DNA of 64,000 bases from an uncultured Gammaproteobacteria bacterium (GCA_964639265.1 CAZXCL010000003.1:733-64732), one strand, 5' to 3'; positions 1 to 8,827 are shown, counted from the stretch's first letter. The notes: generated by a model from the sequence alone, not told the origin. Numbers and translations are program-made.

Positions 1-975
1 TTGGGCGTAAAGCGTACCGAAGGGCTGATCGACAAAGTGGACGTGCGCGGTCAGGACGGACACGTAACGGCGGTGCATCTGCAGGGCGGCGGCAAAATCG
101 AGGGCGATTTCTTTATCGACTGTTCGGGTGCCCGCGGGCTTCTTATTCAGCAGAAGCTCGGCACGGGCTACGAAGACTGGAGCCACTGGCTGCCCTGCGA
201 TCGGGCCATGGCGGTGCCCTCGAAGCGTTTCGACGAAACCGCACCCTATACGCGTTCCATCGCGCGCCGCGCCGGCTGGCAGTGGCGAATTCCGCTGCAG
301 CATCGCAATGGTAACGGGCTGGTCTACAGCAGCGCCCACATAAGCGATGACGAGGCGCGTGAGTCGCTGATGTCGAATCTGGATTCCGAAGCGCTTGGTG
401 ATCCGCGCATCATCCGTTTTCGCACGGGCCGTACGCGTAAGCAGTGGCATCGAAACGTGGTTGCTGTGGGATTGTCGAGCGGATTCCTGGAGCCGCTGGA
501 ATCGACGAGCATCTACCTTATTCAGTCAGCGATCGTTCGTCTTATCCATCTGTTCCCGCACGGCGGTGTTACGCCCGAACTGATCAGTGAGTACAACCGG
601 CAATCGCAGGAGGAGTTTGAGCTGATTCGCGACTTCATTATCCTGCACTACTATCTCAACGAGCGTGACGACAGCCAGTTCTGGCGCGACGTGCGTCAGG
701 CCGACGTGCCGGATCGCCTGTTGCAGAAGATAGATCTGTTCCGCGCGAACGGCACGCTGACCAAAGACAATCTGGATATCTTCCTTGAACCCTCGTGGCT
801 GCAGGTCATGCTGGGGCAGGGCGTGGTGCCACAGGACTATCATCCCCTGGCCAATTCGCTCACCGACGAGCAGCTGATCGACAAACTGCGCAACACGAAG
901 GCCACCAAGCAACAGCCCATGGACAAGCTGCCGAGCCATGATGCGTTTCTCGAGATGTTCTGCAAGGCGAGCTAG
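1..975 (+). CDS. Tryptophan halogenase-family flavoprotein, 5'-truncated by the window edge
   Basis: The frame is open from base 1 to the stop at 973-975. Motifs FFIDCSGARGLL, GWQWRIPLQHRNGNGLVYSS and SSGFLEPLESTSI are mirrored in the complete paralog at 982..2475. Confidence 0.8.
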   Translation: MGVKRTEGLIDKVDVRGQDGHVTAVHLQGGGKIEGDFFIDCSGARGLLIQQKLGTGYEDWSHWLPCDRAMAVPSKRFDETAPYTRSIARRAGWQWRIPLQHRNGNGLVYSSAHISDDEARESLMSNLDSEALGDPRIIRFRTGRTRKQWHRNVVAVGLSSGFLEPLESTSIYLIQSAIVRLIHLFPHGGVTPELISEYNRQSQEEFELIRDFIILHYYLNERDDSQFWRDVRQADVPDRLLQKIDLFRANGTLTKDNLDIFLEPSWLQVMLGQGVVPQDYHPLANSLTDEQLIDKLRNTKATKQQPMDKLPSHDAFLEMFCKAS

Positions 976-981
976 CCTGTC

Positions 982-2475
982 GTGACCTGCCGCATCGTGA
1001 TTCTCGGCGGCGGTACCGCCGGCTGGATGGCCGCCAATCTGATGGTGCGGCGCTGGGCGCCCGAGCAGGCGTCCATTACGTTGGTTGAATCGCCCGACAT
1101 CGGCATTGTTGGGGTGGGCGAAGGCTCAACCCCGACACTCAAACGTTTTTTCGAACTGGTGGATATCGCCGACGCGGACTGGATGCCGCGCTGCGAGGCC
1201 ACCTACAAGGTCAGTATTCGTTTTGAGGGCTGGAGTCCGCAGTCGGGGATTGCCTCCTACGCGCATCCGTTTGTCTCGCAAGTCGACAGCCACATTCAAA
1301 ACGCGTTTTTCACCAACTGCATGACGCGTCGTCTGGGGCTTGACGTACACACCCAGCCCGACGATTTTTTTCTCAACGGAGTCCTGGCGCAAAACGCCTG
1401 TGGACCGCAAACGCCGGAGAATTTTCCATTCGTGGTGGAGTATGGCTACCACTTTAATGCTGGGCTTCTGGGTAGCTATCTCGGTGAGGTAGCCGTGGAA
1501 CGCGGCGTCGTGCACCTGCCGGCCAGGATCGTCGAGGTCGCGCGTGCGCCCAACGGCAACATTGAAGCGCTGATCGATGAAGACGGTCGGCGCATCGCCG
1601 GCGATTTTTTCGTCGACTGCAGCGGCTTTGCCAGCGTGTTGATGGGCAAGACGCTTGGCGTGGGCTTCCGCTCGTTTGCCGACAATCTGTTTAACGATGC
1701 CGCGGTGGTGATGCCCACCGATACTGACGGTGCGCTGCAGCCTGAAACAGTGTCGATTGCCATGCGCCACGGTTGGCGCTGGCGGATTCCGCTCACCAGC
1801 CGCTACGGCAACGGCTATGTCTACAGCTCATCGTTTGTCGAGGCCGACGCTGCCGAGACCGAGCTGCGCGAGGCGTTGGGCACGCTTGACGACGATACGC
1901 AGGCGCGGCATCTGAAGATGCGCGTGGGCCAGCTCGAAAAGCACTGGTCCGGCAACTGTCTGGGATTGGGTCTGTCGCAGGGCTTCATCGAGCCTTTGGA
2001 GGCCACCGCGCTTCTGCTGGTGCAGGTCACTGTGGAGCTGTTCATGCAGCATTTCGAAAACGGCGAGTATGCTGATCGCGAGGCCGACACGTTCAATCGC
2101 AAGATCGACGAACGCTTTGAACGCGTGCGTGACTACGTCGTGGCGCACTACAAGCTCAACACACGCGACGACACCGATTACTGGCGCGCCAATCGCGACA
2201 ACATGGTGCTGTCCGACTCGCTGCGCCATCTGCTTGATACCTGGTATCGCTGTCGTGACCTTAGCGAGGAAATTGCGCGTCAGAAGCTCGAATCGCACTT
2301 TGGCACCCTGTCGTGGCACTGTCTGTTGGCCGGGTACGGGGCGTTTCCGCCGTTGGCGCAAAAGCAGCCGGGTCGGGGCGATCACTACAAGGAAAAAAAC
2401 GTGGCGGCATTTCTTGCCGGTTGCGCTCTGAATTTTGATGCCCATCGCGCCAATCTCAGCGCGTTGGAAAACTAA
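982..2475 (+). CDS. Tryptophan halogenase-family FAD-dependent protein
   Basis: GTG start 7 nt after the upstream stop. N-terminal dinucleotide fold IVILGGGTAGWMAA, then FFVDCSGFASVL, GWRWRIPLTSRYGNGYVYSS and SQGFIEPLEATAL. 497 aa is the typical family length. Confidence 0.85.
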   Translation: MTCRIVILGGGTAGWMAANLMVRRWAPEQASITLVESPDIGIVGVGEGSTPTLKRFFELVDIADADWMPRCEATYKVSIRFEGWSPQSGIASYAHPFVSQVDSHIQNAFFTNCMTRRLGLDVHTQPDDFFLNGVLAQNACGPQTPENFPFVVEYGYHFNAGLLGSYLGEVAVERGVVHLPARIVEVARAPNGNIEALIDEDGRRIAGDFFVDCSGFASVLMGKTLGVGFRSFADNLFNDAAVVMPTDTDGALQPETVSIAMRHGWRWRIPLTSRYGNGYVYSSSFVEADAAETELREALGTLDDDTQARHLKMRVGQLEKHWSGNCLGLGLSQGFIEPLEATALLLVQVTVELFMQHFENGEYADREADTFNRKIDERFERVRDYVVAHYKLNTRDDTDYWRANRDNMVLSDSLRHLLDTWYRCRDLSEEIARQKLESHFGTLSWHCLLAGYGAFPPLAQKQPGRGDHYKEKNVAAFLAGCALNFDAHRANLSALEN

Positions 2476-3221
2476 CCCGGTACGACGCTCGCAAAGCAGT
2501 TGAGCGTCAGGCGGCCGCGCCGAAAATCCGTCGACAGCTTTTCCGGCGCCGTGATATGACCGGTATGCGGCACTTCGCCTGAATAGCAGATCAGGCGATT
2601 GAAGCGCGGGGGAATGACCGCGAGCTGCTCGGCCAGTTCGTTGGACTCGGTGATGTAACGTGGTGGCTCGCGAAAGTCGCGGCAGTGCTCGGCCAGCAGA
2701 GCCGTCGTCGCCACCGGGTCGCGCATTTCCATGGCCAGTGCGTGCTCGATCACATCCGGTTTTTTCCAGCGATAAAAGGCCGTGCCGCCGAGTTGCTCGT
2801 CGTCGAACAAATAGACCATGGCCGCAAATTTGCGTCGGCCCATGGTGTCGCGAGGATCCGTGTGACACAGCCGCTGAAAATTGCCGAGCCTCTCGGGCGG
2901 CAGGGTCACCATCGACAGGCCCGTGGCGATGTGGGCACCGCCGCGCAGGAAGCCGAACTGCGACCCCATGCGGCGCAGAAGATAGCGGTGGTAGTCGCGC
3001 AGCACCGTGTCGTCGAGAATCAGGTTGAGTCCCGGGTAGCCGGCTTCGGGCACGAAAAACTGCCCGGCGTGAGCGCAAGCATGGTCGATCAGGGCGTGCG
3101 GATCGACCAAAAAGTCATCGACGATCACCACCTTTTCGGCCGCGCTGATGGCGATCGTCTCCATCGGCGCATCGGCGTTGATTTTGATGGTCGGCAGCGG
3201 TTCTGGCGATTGAGCGGTCAT
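2472..3221 (-). CDS. Hypothetical protein, 2OG-Fe(II) oxygenase-like (HxD...H), of the kind usually found next to halogenase-family genes
   Basis: I prefer the internal ATG at 3221 (MTAQSPEPL) over the track start at 3311. CHTDP (HxD) and a later VPHTGH could form a facial triad. Its end overlaps the stop of 982..2475 by 4 nt, convergently. The family assignment is from memory and unverified. Confidence 0.55.
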   Translation of the reverse strand: MTAQSPEPLPTIKINADAPMETIAISAAEKVVIVDDFLVDPHALIDHACAHAGQFFVPEAGYPGLNLILDDTVLRDYHRYLLRRMGSQFGFLRGGAHIATGLSMVTLPPERLGNFQRLCHTDPRDTMGRRKFAAMVYLFDDEQLGGTAFYRWKKPDVIEHALAMEMRDPVATTALLAEHCRDFREPPRYITESNELAEQLAVIPPRFNRLICYSGEVPHTGHITAPEKLSTDFRRGRLTLNCFASVVPG

Positions 3222-3363
3222 GTCTTGGAAGTCGCGTTGAGTGGTTGCGACACTGCACGCTCTCAACGCTAAAAACAAGCGCTCGCCAGTCAAGCGCCTG
3301 CATTTGACCATGCGTCACGGCGAGAGGTTAAATGATGGGACACTCGGTCGCGAGGACGCTCTT

Positions 3364-4389
3364 ATGATTGGCCACATTTTCCGCTTGCCGGTGCTCGCAC
3401 TGTGGCTGGTTGGCGCTTCGGCGTGCGCGACACCGCCGCTCGATCAAGGCTGGCGCGAGGCCGTGATCAGTGTGACCGACGTGAGTGACTGGACGCGCTT
3501 TTATGTGGACACGCTGGGTTGGGAGGTGCGCGCGCAGGGCCGGGTTCCACGCAGCACGCTGGACGCATGGCAACTACCCGAGGCGGCCAGTGCTCGATTC
3601 GCCGTGGTGGCCAATCCGGGCACCGATCGGGGCTACGTTCGCATCATCGATTTTAATGGCGTCGAGCAAAAGCGCATACGTCCGCACGCCCAGGCCTGGG
3701 AGACCGGCGGTATCTACAACATGAACGTGCGCGTGGCCGATATCGCAGCGATTGAAAGGGCCGTCACGGACGCTGGGTGGCAGGCGCCGGCCGCGCCGGT
3801 CAATTTTCAGTTCGGCCCGTTTGACGTGTGGGAATGGATTCCGCGCCATCCTGACGGTGTGCGGGTGGCGTTTGCCGAGCGCGTAGCGCCGCCGCTCGAG
3901 GGGTGGCCGCATCTGGTGGTGTCGTCGCGCACCTTTAACTCCACGCAGATTGTCGCGGACATGGAGCGTGCCATGGCGTTTTATGAAGGCGTGCTGGGAT
4001 TCAAGACCTATCTTGAGCATCAGGGCGCCAGCGAGGCCCCGGCGGATCATGTACTGGGTTTATCACGTGAGGCGATGACGCAAGTTGTGCGTGACGTGCG
4101 CATTGTAAGTCCAGACGGCGACAACGACGGCTCGGTGGAGCTGCTGATGTTTAAGGGCTATACCGGCCGGGATTTTTCGTCGCGGGCCGTACCGCCGAAC
4201 CTGGGCAATTTGATGTTGCGCTATCCGGTCTCAGACTTGTCAGCCCTTGAGAAGCGTCTGCGGGACGCCGACGTTGCGCTCGCGGTCGCGCCAGTGATGA
4301 CGCACATTGAGCCGTATGGAAAGGTTCGTCTGCTGGCCGTGCGTGCGCCCGACGGTGCGTGGCTGGAGTTTTTCGAGGCGCTCGAGTAA
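3364..4389 (+). CDS. Exported tandem VOC (glyoxalase/dioxygenase-fold) protein
   Basis: The start is taken at ATG 3364, giving the signal-like N-terminus MIGHIFRLPVLALWLVGASAC. Two VOC-like halves follow (VTDVSDWTRFYVDTLGWEV and VADMERAMAFYEGVLGFK). Confidence 0.6.
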   Translation: MIGHIFRLPVLALWLVGASACATPPLDQGWREAVISVTDVSDWTRFYVDTLGWEVRAQGRVPRSTLDAWQLPEAASARFAVVANPGTDRGYVRIIDFNGVEQKRIRPHAQAWETGGIYNMNVRVADIAAIERAVTDAGWQAPAAPVNFQFGPFDVWEWIPRHPDGVRVAFAERVAPPLEGWPHLVVSSRTFNSTQIVADMERAMAFYEGVLGFKTYLEHQGASEAPADHVLGLSREAMTQVVRDVRIVSPDGDNDGSVELLMFKGYTGRDFSSRAVPPNLGNLMLRYPVSDLSALEKRLRDADVALAVAPVMTHIEPYGKVRLLAVRAPDGAWLEFFEALE

Positions 4390-4407
4390 CGCCGTTCGTG
4401 CCTCGTC

Positions 4408-5244
4408 ATGACAGCTGAACCGGACAAACACTCGCTCGAGGTCGCGGTGCCCGAGGCAGGCGGCAACGCCATTGATCTGCTGCAGGCTGCGACGAATCTG
4501 CCGCGTCAGCGCATCAAGCACGCGATGGCCTGCGGGGCGGTGTGGCTGTCGTCGCAGGGCCGTCGAGCGGTTCGTCTGCGTCGAGCGACGCGCGCTCTGC
4601 AGCGCGGCGATGCCCTGCATATTCACTATGATCCAGCCGTACTGTCGCAGCAGCCGCCGACGCCTGTGCTGGTGGACGATGCAGGCCCGTATTCGGTCTG
4701 GATCAAGCCCTCGGGGATGCGTTCACAGGGGTCGAAATGGGGCGATCACTGCACCATCATGCGCTGGGCAGAAAAACACCTTGAGCCACAGCGAAATGCC
4801 TTCACGGTGCACCGTCTGGACATGCCCGCATCCGGGCTGATCGTCGTGGCGCATTCAAAAACCGCGGCGGCCAATCTGTCACAGCAGTTCAAAAACCGCA
4901 CGGTGACCAAGCGCTATCGTGCTCGGGTGAAGGGTGACTGCCGATCGCTCGTCGAGCCTGTGACCGTGTCGACGCCGATCGACGGCAAGCAGGCGCGCAG
5001 TCACATTCGCTGCGTTGTCGAAGACAGTGGCACGCTCGAGTCTGTCGTTGAGGTGCGCATCGAGACAGGACGCAAGCACCAGATTCGGCGCCATCTGGCG
5101 GAGCTTGGGTTCCCGATTGTTGGTGATCGCCTCTACGGTGACGCGCAAGACGCTGACCCGGACTTGCAACTAACGGCCGTGCACCTGGCATTTGACCACC
5201 CGGACAGCAACGTCCGAGTGGTCTACGAGGTGCCTGGCGCCTGA
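4408..5244 (+). CDS. RluA-family pseudouridine synthase
   Basis: Catalytic motif HRLDMPASGLIVVAHS and the C-terminal GRKHQIRRHLAELGFPIVGDRLYG. Confidence 0.85.
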   Translation: MTAEPDKHSLEVAVPEAGGNAIDLLQAATNLPRQRIKHAMACGAVWLSSQGRRAVRLRRATRALQRGDALHIHYDPAVLSQQPPTPVLVDDAGPYSVWIKPSGMRSQGSKWGDHCTIMRWAEKHLEPQRNAFTVHRLDMPASGLIVVAHSKTAAANLSQQFKNRTVTKRYRARVKGDCRSLVEPVTVSTPIDGKQARSHIRCVVEDSGTLESVVEVRIETGRKHQIRRHLAELGFPIVGDRLYGDAQDADPDLQLTAVHLAFDHPDSNVRVVYEVPGA

Positions 5245-5245
5245 A

Positions 5246-7117
5246 TCACTCGCAGCTGGCGAGGGCGCTGGGTCCCGGCGGGCTGAAAAATGCCAGGCGC
5301 AGGATGCCCAGATCGGAGAAGTTGACCACGCCGTCGCCGTTCAGATCAGCCAGCGCATCGGTCGTGAAAAAGACGGTGCGCAAGTATCCCAGGTCGCTGA
5401 AGTTGACGACGCAGTCGTTGTTAAAGTCAGCGTCGCAGGCGTTTCCGAAGCCGTCGGCGTCTGCGTCAATCTGTTCAGCGTTGGGGGCCAGTGTGCAGTT
5501 GTCGCTGCTATCGGCGATGCCATCACTGTCGGTGTCAGCCGCTTCGACCAGCACGCGAATGTAGTCGCCGGGACTGCCGGCAAAAAGCTCAACGGATAGC
5601 GTATCGCCGCTGAACGTCGCGTCGTCGCCCGACTCCAGACCGCGAAGACCCGGGTTCAGGTACAGCGCGGAGGGATTGCCAAGCTCGGCATCTGTGTCGG
5701 TAAGCGTGCCAACCGTCGACAGGATGCCAATGATGTTGCCCGGGAAGGTAACGCTGCCGACGATGTCCCGGCTAGCTCCAGGATCGAACGACACGTAGTA
5801 GCTCGAAACCGGAGTCCCCGCCGGGACCACAGTATCGACCGGTTCGTCGAGTGTGATATCCGAGGCGATCGTCACGCCCTGTGCTTCTTCGAAGGCCAGC
5901 AGGTCATTGCTCTGAAAGTTGTCGTTGCCGACCGAACCGATGGGATCGCAGATCTGCTGAAAAATGCCGCCTTCGCTTGCGGCGGTGCCGCCGGTCACTG
6001 CGCCGCTGAGCGTTGTGTCCTCCGGCGCGCAGATGTTTACGCCAAAACTCGGTGAAGCCGAGCCGAGAATCACGCGAATGGAATCGCCAGGGCTGTTGGC
6101 CGAGAAATCGACGGTCAGATTCGCACCGTCAACCGACACGCTGTCGGTGCTTTCAAGACCAAGGAGCCCCGGGTTCAGATACGTGGCCGACGCGTTGCCG
6201 AGGAACTCACTGGCCTGCAGCTCATTGCGGGTGGTGATGACGCCGATGATGTCGTCGGGGAAGGTCAGGGTTGCTTCCACCGTGTTGGTGGGGCCCGGAT
6301 CAAAGACGACATAGAAACTTGAGACGATCTCGCCAGCCGCAATGACCGTTGTGGTGTCGAGCTCAAGCGGCGCAGTGAGCTCGACCGCCTGCTGCTCTTC
6401 AAACGCAAACAAGTCGAACGAATCGAAATTGTCGCTGCCGACCGGACCGATTGGATCGCAGATCTGACGGAACTGGGCGCCGTTGGCGAAAACTGAGCCC
6501 CCGGTGATGGTGCCTTCGATGGTCTGCTCGTCACTGCTGCACGTGTTGATGCCGGAAACCGGGTCGACGCCGGTGACGACGCGAATGGCGTCGCCGGGCT
6601 GCACAGCACGCAGGTCGAAGTTGACCGTGGTGCCGCTGATGCTGACCGTGTCAGTCGACTCCAGCGACTGATTGCCAATGGCGTAGTCGGTGGCCGGATC
6701 GCCCAGCAGGTCGTCGGTTTCGTTGAAGCGCGGCGTGCTCGTAATCACCCCTAGCACCGGTTCATCGAAGGTCACCGAGCCAACCACGGTGCGTGTGACC
6801 AGCGGGTCGTAAATGATGTAGTGACTGGAGACAACCGAACCTGGACCCAGCACGTTGCTGTCCAGATCGGCGGCGGCCAGGTCCATGATCAGCAGCTCGC
6901 TGAGCGTGACGTCCTGGGATTCGTTGAACGCGCGAACATTGTTGTCGTCGTATGGATCGTTCCCCAGTACGGCTGGCGCAGGAATCTCGAGGAACACGCC
7001 GCCCTCGTCAAACGACTGACCCCCGGTCAATTCGCCGGATACGATATCTGCCAAAGCGGTCGATGACAGAAGAACAAGAACAATGCACGCTACGGTGCTC
7101 AACTGGCGTTGGCTCAT
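5246..7117 (-). CDS. Secreted protein with three about 170-aa internal repeats and a C-terminal TSP3/dockerin-like Ca-binding module
   Basis: Start at ATG 7117 behind AAGGAA, with signal peptide MSQRQLSTVACIVLVLLSSTALA. Three repeats each end in PGDxIRV. The C-terminus reads DTDSDGIADSSDNC...DADADGFGNACD...NGDGVVNFSDLGILRLAFF. Confidence 0.75.
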   Translation of the reverse strand: MSQRQLSTVACIVLVLLSSTALADIVSGELTGGQSFDEGGVFLEIPAPAVLGNDPYDDNNVRAFNESQDVTLSELLIMDLAAADLDSNVLGPGSVVSSHYIIYDPLVTRTVVGSVTFDEPVLGVITSTPRFNETDDLLGDPATDYAIGNQSLESTDTVSISGTTVNFDLRAVQPGDAIRVVTGVDPVSGINTCSSDEQTIEGTITGGSVFANGAQFRQICDPIGPVGSDNFDSFDLFAFEEQQAVELTAPLELDTTTVIAAGEIVSSFYVVFDPGPTNTVEATLTFPDDIIGVITTRNELQASEFLGNASATYLNPGLLGLESTDSVSVDGANLTVDFSANSPGDSIRVILGSASPSFGVNICAPEDTTLSGAVTGGTAASEGGIFQQICDPIGSVGNDNFQSNDLLAFEEAQGVTIASDITLDEPVDTVVPAGTPVSSYYVSFDPGASRDIVGSVTFPGNIIGILSTVGTLTDTDAELGNPSALYLNPGLRGLESGDDATFSGDTLSVELFAGSPGDYIRVLVEAADTDSDGIADSSDNCTLAPNAEQIDADADGFGNACDADFNNDCVVNFSDLGYLRTVFFTTDALADLNGDGVVNFSDLGILRLAFFSPPGPSALASCE

Positions 7118-7179
7118 AAGGTTGGTTCCTTTCTTGTTGTTTTTCCAAGCACACCAACTATACACTCCGCGCGTGCAGC

Positions 7180-7785
7180 ATGAAGCGATACGCGATGTGC
7201 ATTATGTTTATGGAGTCAGCAACTTTGCCTTCAGGCGTTATTCATATCTTCGGTGCCTCCGGGTCCGGTACCACGACACTTGGTGCAGCGCTCGCTAACC
7301 GTCTGGGGTTGCTGCACCTCGATGCGGATGATTTCTACTGGCGCAAAACCGAGCCGCCCTTCCAGGTAAAGGTGCCGCCCTCGGAGCGAGTGGCGGCGAT
7401 TCGTGCGCGTCTTGAGGGTGTCGATCGCGCTGTGCTGTCCGGATCGCTATGTAGTTGGAGCGAGGGCCTCGCCGAGATGTTTGCGGTAGCCATTTTGGTG
7501 CGTCTTGATCCGGTCGTTCGGATGCAGCGCTTGCGAGATCGTGAGCGCGAGCGCAACGGCGTGCGTATCGAGCCCGGTGGCGATCTGCATCAGGATCATC
7601 TGGACTTTATGGCGTGGGCAGAAAAATACGACGAGGGCAGGGCCCCCCTGCGCACCCTGCATTTGCATCGCCAATGGATGTCCTCGCTACGCTGCCCGAC
7701 CGTCGAGGTCAGTTCGCTGGAGCCAGTTCCGCGGGTGGTCCAACAGGTCGAGCGCGAGCTTGCGCAGCTTGGTCTCAACCTCTAG
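7180..7785 (+). CDS. P-loop NTPase, adenylate-kinase/FlaR-like
   Basis: Walker A motif IFGASGSGTTTLG followed by LHLDADDFYW. The exact start is uncertain, with several in-frame ATGs between 7180 and 7210. Confidence 0.6.
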   Translation: MKRYAMCIMFMESATLPSGVIHIFGASGSGTTTLGAALANRLGLLHLDADDFYWRKTEPPFQVKVPPSERVAAIRARLEGVDRAVLSGSLCSWSEGLAEMFAVAILVRLDPVVRMQRLRDRERERNGVRIEPGGDLHQDHLDFMAWAEKYDEGRAPLRTLHLHRQWMSSLRCPTVEVSSLEPVPRVVQQVERELAQLGLNL

Positions 7786-8168
7786 CGCGGCGCCGGCAAC
7801 GCAAAACTCTGTCTGGCGGCTTCTGTCTCCAGCTCATCCGGGGTGTACCAGGGCTTGAGTGCTGTCGCCGATGTCAGAGCCGGATGCTGTTTGAGAAAGC
7901 TCTCGAAATTCGTGGTGGACGTCCGATACATGCTTTGTGCAACGAGGCTCATGAATGCTACCGTCGTGGTCACGTTAAACTTGTCGGACGCGCCCGCATT
8001 GGCGGCCAGCTGACGAATAGCATTCGACAGTCTGTACAGTGCGGTCACAAAGTCGTCGCGCTCGAGCATCAAATACGCGGCCCGCAAATGCTGCGTATGG
8101 TCGAACTGAGCCGCATCCAGCTGTCCGGACTCCAGCCGGTGGAGGAAAAGAGCGTCATCCTGGTCCAC
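7782..8168 (-). CDS. Hypothetical protein
   Basis: 128-aa ORF with plausible composition. It converges on 7180..7785 with a 4-nt overlap. I recognise no motif. Confidence 0.4.
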   Translation of the reverse strand: MDQDDALFLHRLESGQLDAAQFDHTQHLRAAYLMLERDDFVTALYRLSNAIRQLAANAGASDKFNVTTTVAFMSLVAQSMYRTSTTNFESFLKQHPALTSATALKPWYTPDELETEAARQSFALPAPR

Positions 8169-8270
8169 GTTTTGTCTCCGCCATGGGTCGTCGAGCAGGA
8201 GAACTTACCAAAAACAAGCGCCTCGTTCGATTTGCTAAAGTAGGGACTCCAAAGCCTGTGGCAACCTCGC

Positions 8271-8711
8271 ATGAATGAGAAGGCAGACACCGATCCCTAC
8301 GCGCCCCCCGGCGTCAATCTGAGTACGCCGCCGCCGGATCAGCAGCCCAATCCGCACGATGTGGAGAAGCAGATCTTCGGCCTCGCGATTAGTGGTTTGA
8401 TCATGGCCTACTTTGGCGCGTGGTTGTTGGTGGTGTGCGGTGTGTTGGTGTTCGCCGATGCGTGGCTTGCCGGCATCTACCGCTGGCCAGGTAAGAAGGG
8501 CTTTTTGAATATCTCGCCCATGGCATGGGGCATATGCACGCATCTACTTTTCATTGTGGTCTTCCCGCTGTACATGATTGCGCGGCCAAGGCTGAAGACC
8601 AGACCGGGAAATCAGCGCCTGTATCTTGCGCTGATCATCGCCGGGATTCTTAATGCCATCGCGCTGTTGATCCAGGCGATCTATCCGGAATTCGCACTCA
8701 CCCCGGGCTAA
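8271..8711 (+). CDS. Hypothetical integral membrane protein
   Basis: Pro-rich N-terminus followed by about four hydrophobic helices (GLAISGLIMAYFGAWLLVVCGVLVF, ICTHLLFIVVFPLYMI, LYLALIIAGILNAIALLI). Confidence 0.5.
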   Translation: MNEKADTDPYAPPGVNLSTPPPDQQPNPHDVEKQIFGLAISGLIMAYFGAWLLVVCGVLVFADAWLAGIYRWPGKKGFLNISPMAWGICTHLLFIVVFPLYMIARPRLKTRPGNQRLYLALIIAGILNAIALLIQAIYPEFALTPG

Positions 8712-8827
8712 TCGCTTCGATCGGCTTTTTCCCGGTCCTTGCGCATGGCAAGCAGCAGGAAGAACACAAAGCCGCCCACGACGGTGCCGACAATAAGCAC
8801 CATGCTGGCAAGCGCGGCGCCGCTCAT
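8708..8827 (-). CDS. 39-aa single-pass membrane protein, translationally coupled to the NSS transporter (possible small subunit)
   Basis: Not in the ORF track because it is too short. My manual reverse translation gives MSGAALASMVLIVGTVVGGFVFFLLLAMRKDREKADRSD. Its ATG (8827-8825) overlaps the transporter stop TGA (8826-8824) as ATGA. Confidence 0.5.
   Translation of the reverse strand: MSGAALASMVLIVGTVVGGFVFFLLLAMRKDREKADRSD

Noticed and set aside
1828-3078. 416-aa minus-strand ORF spanning the halogenase and oxygenase-like genes
   Set aside because: It crosses two well-supported genes in a different frame and has Arg/Ser/Pro-rich junk composition.
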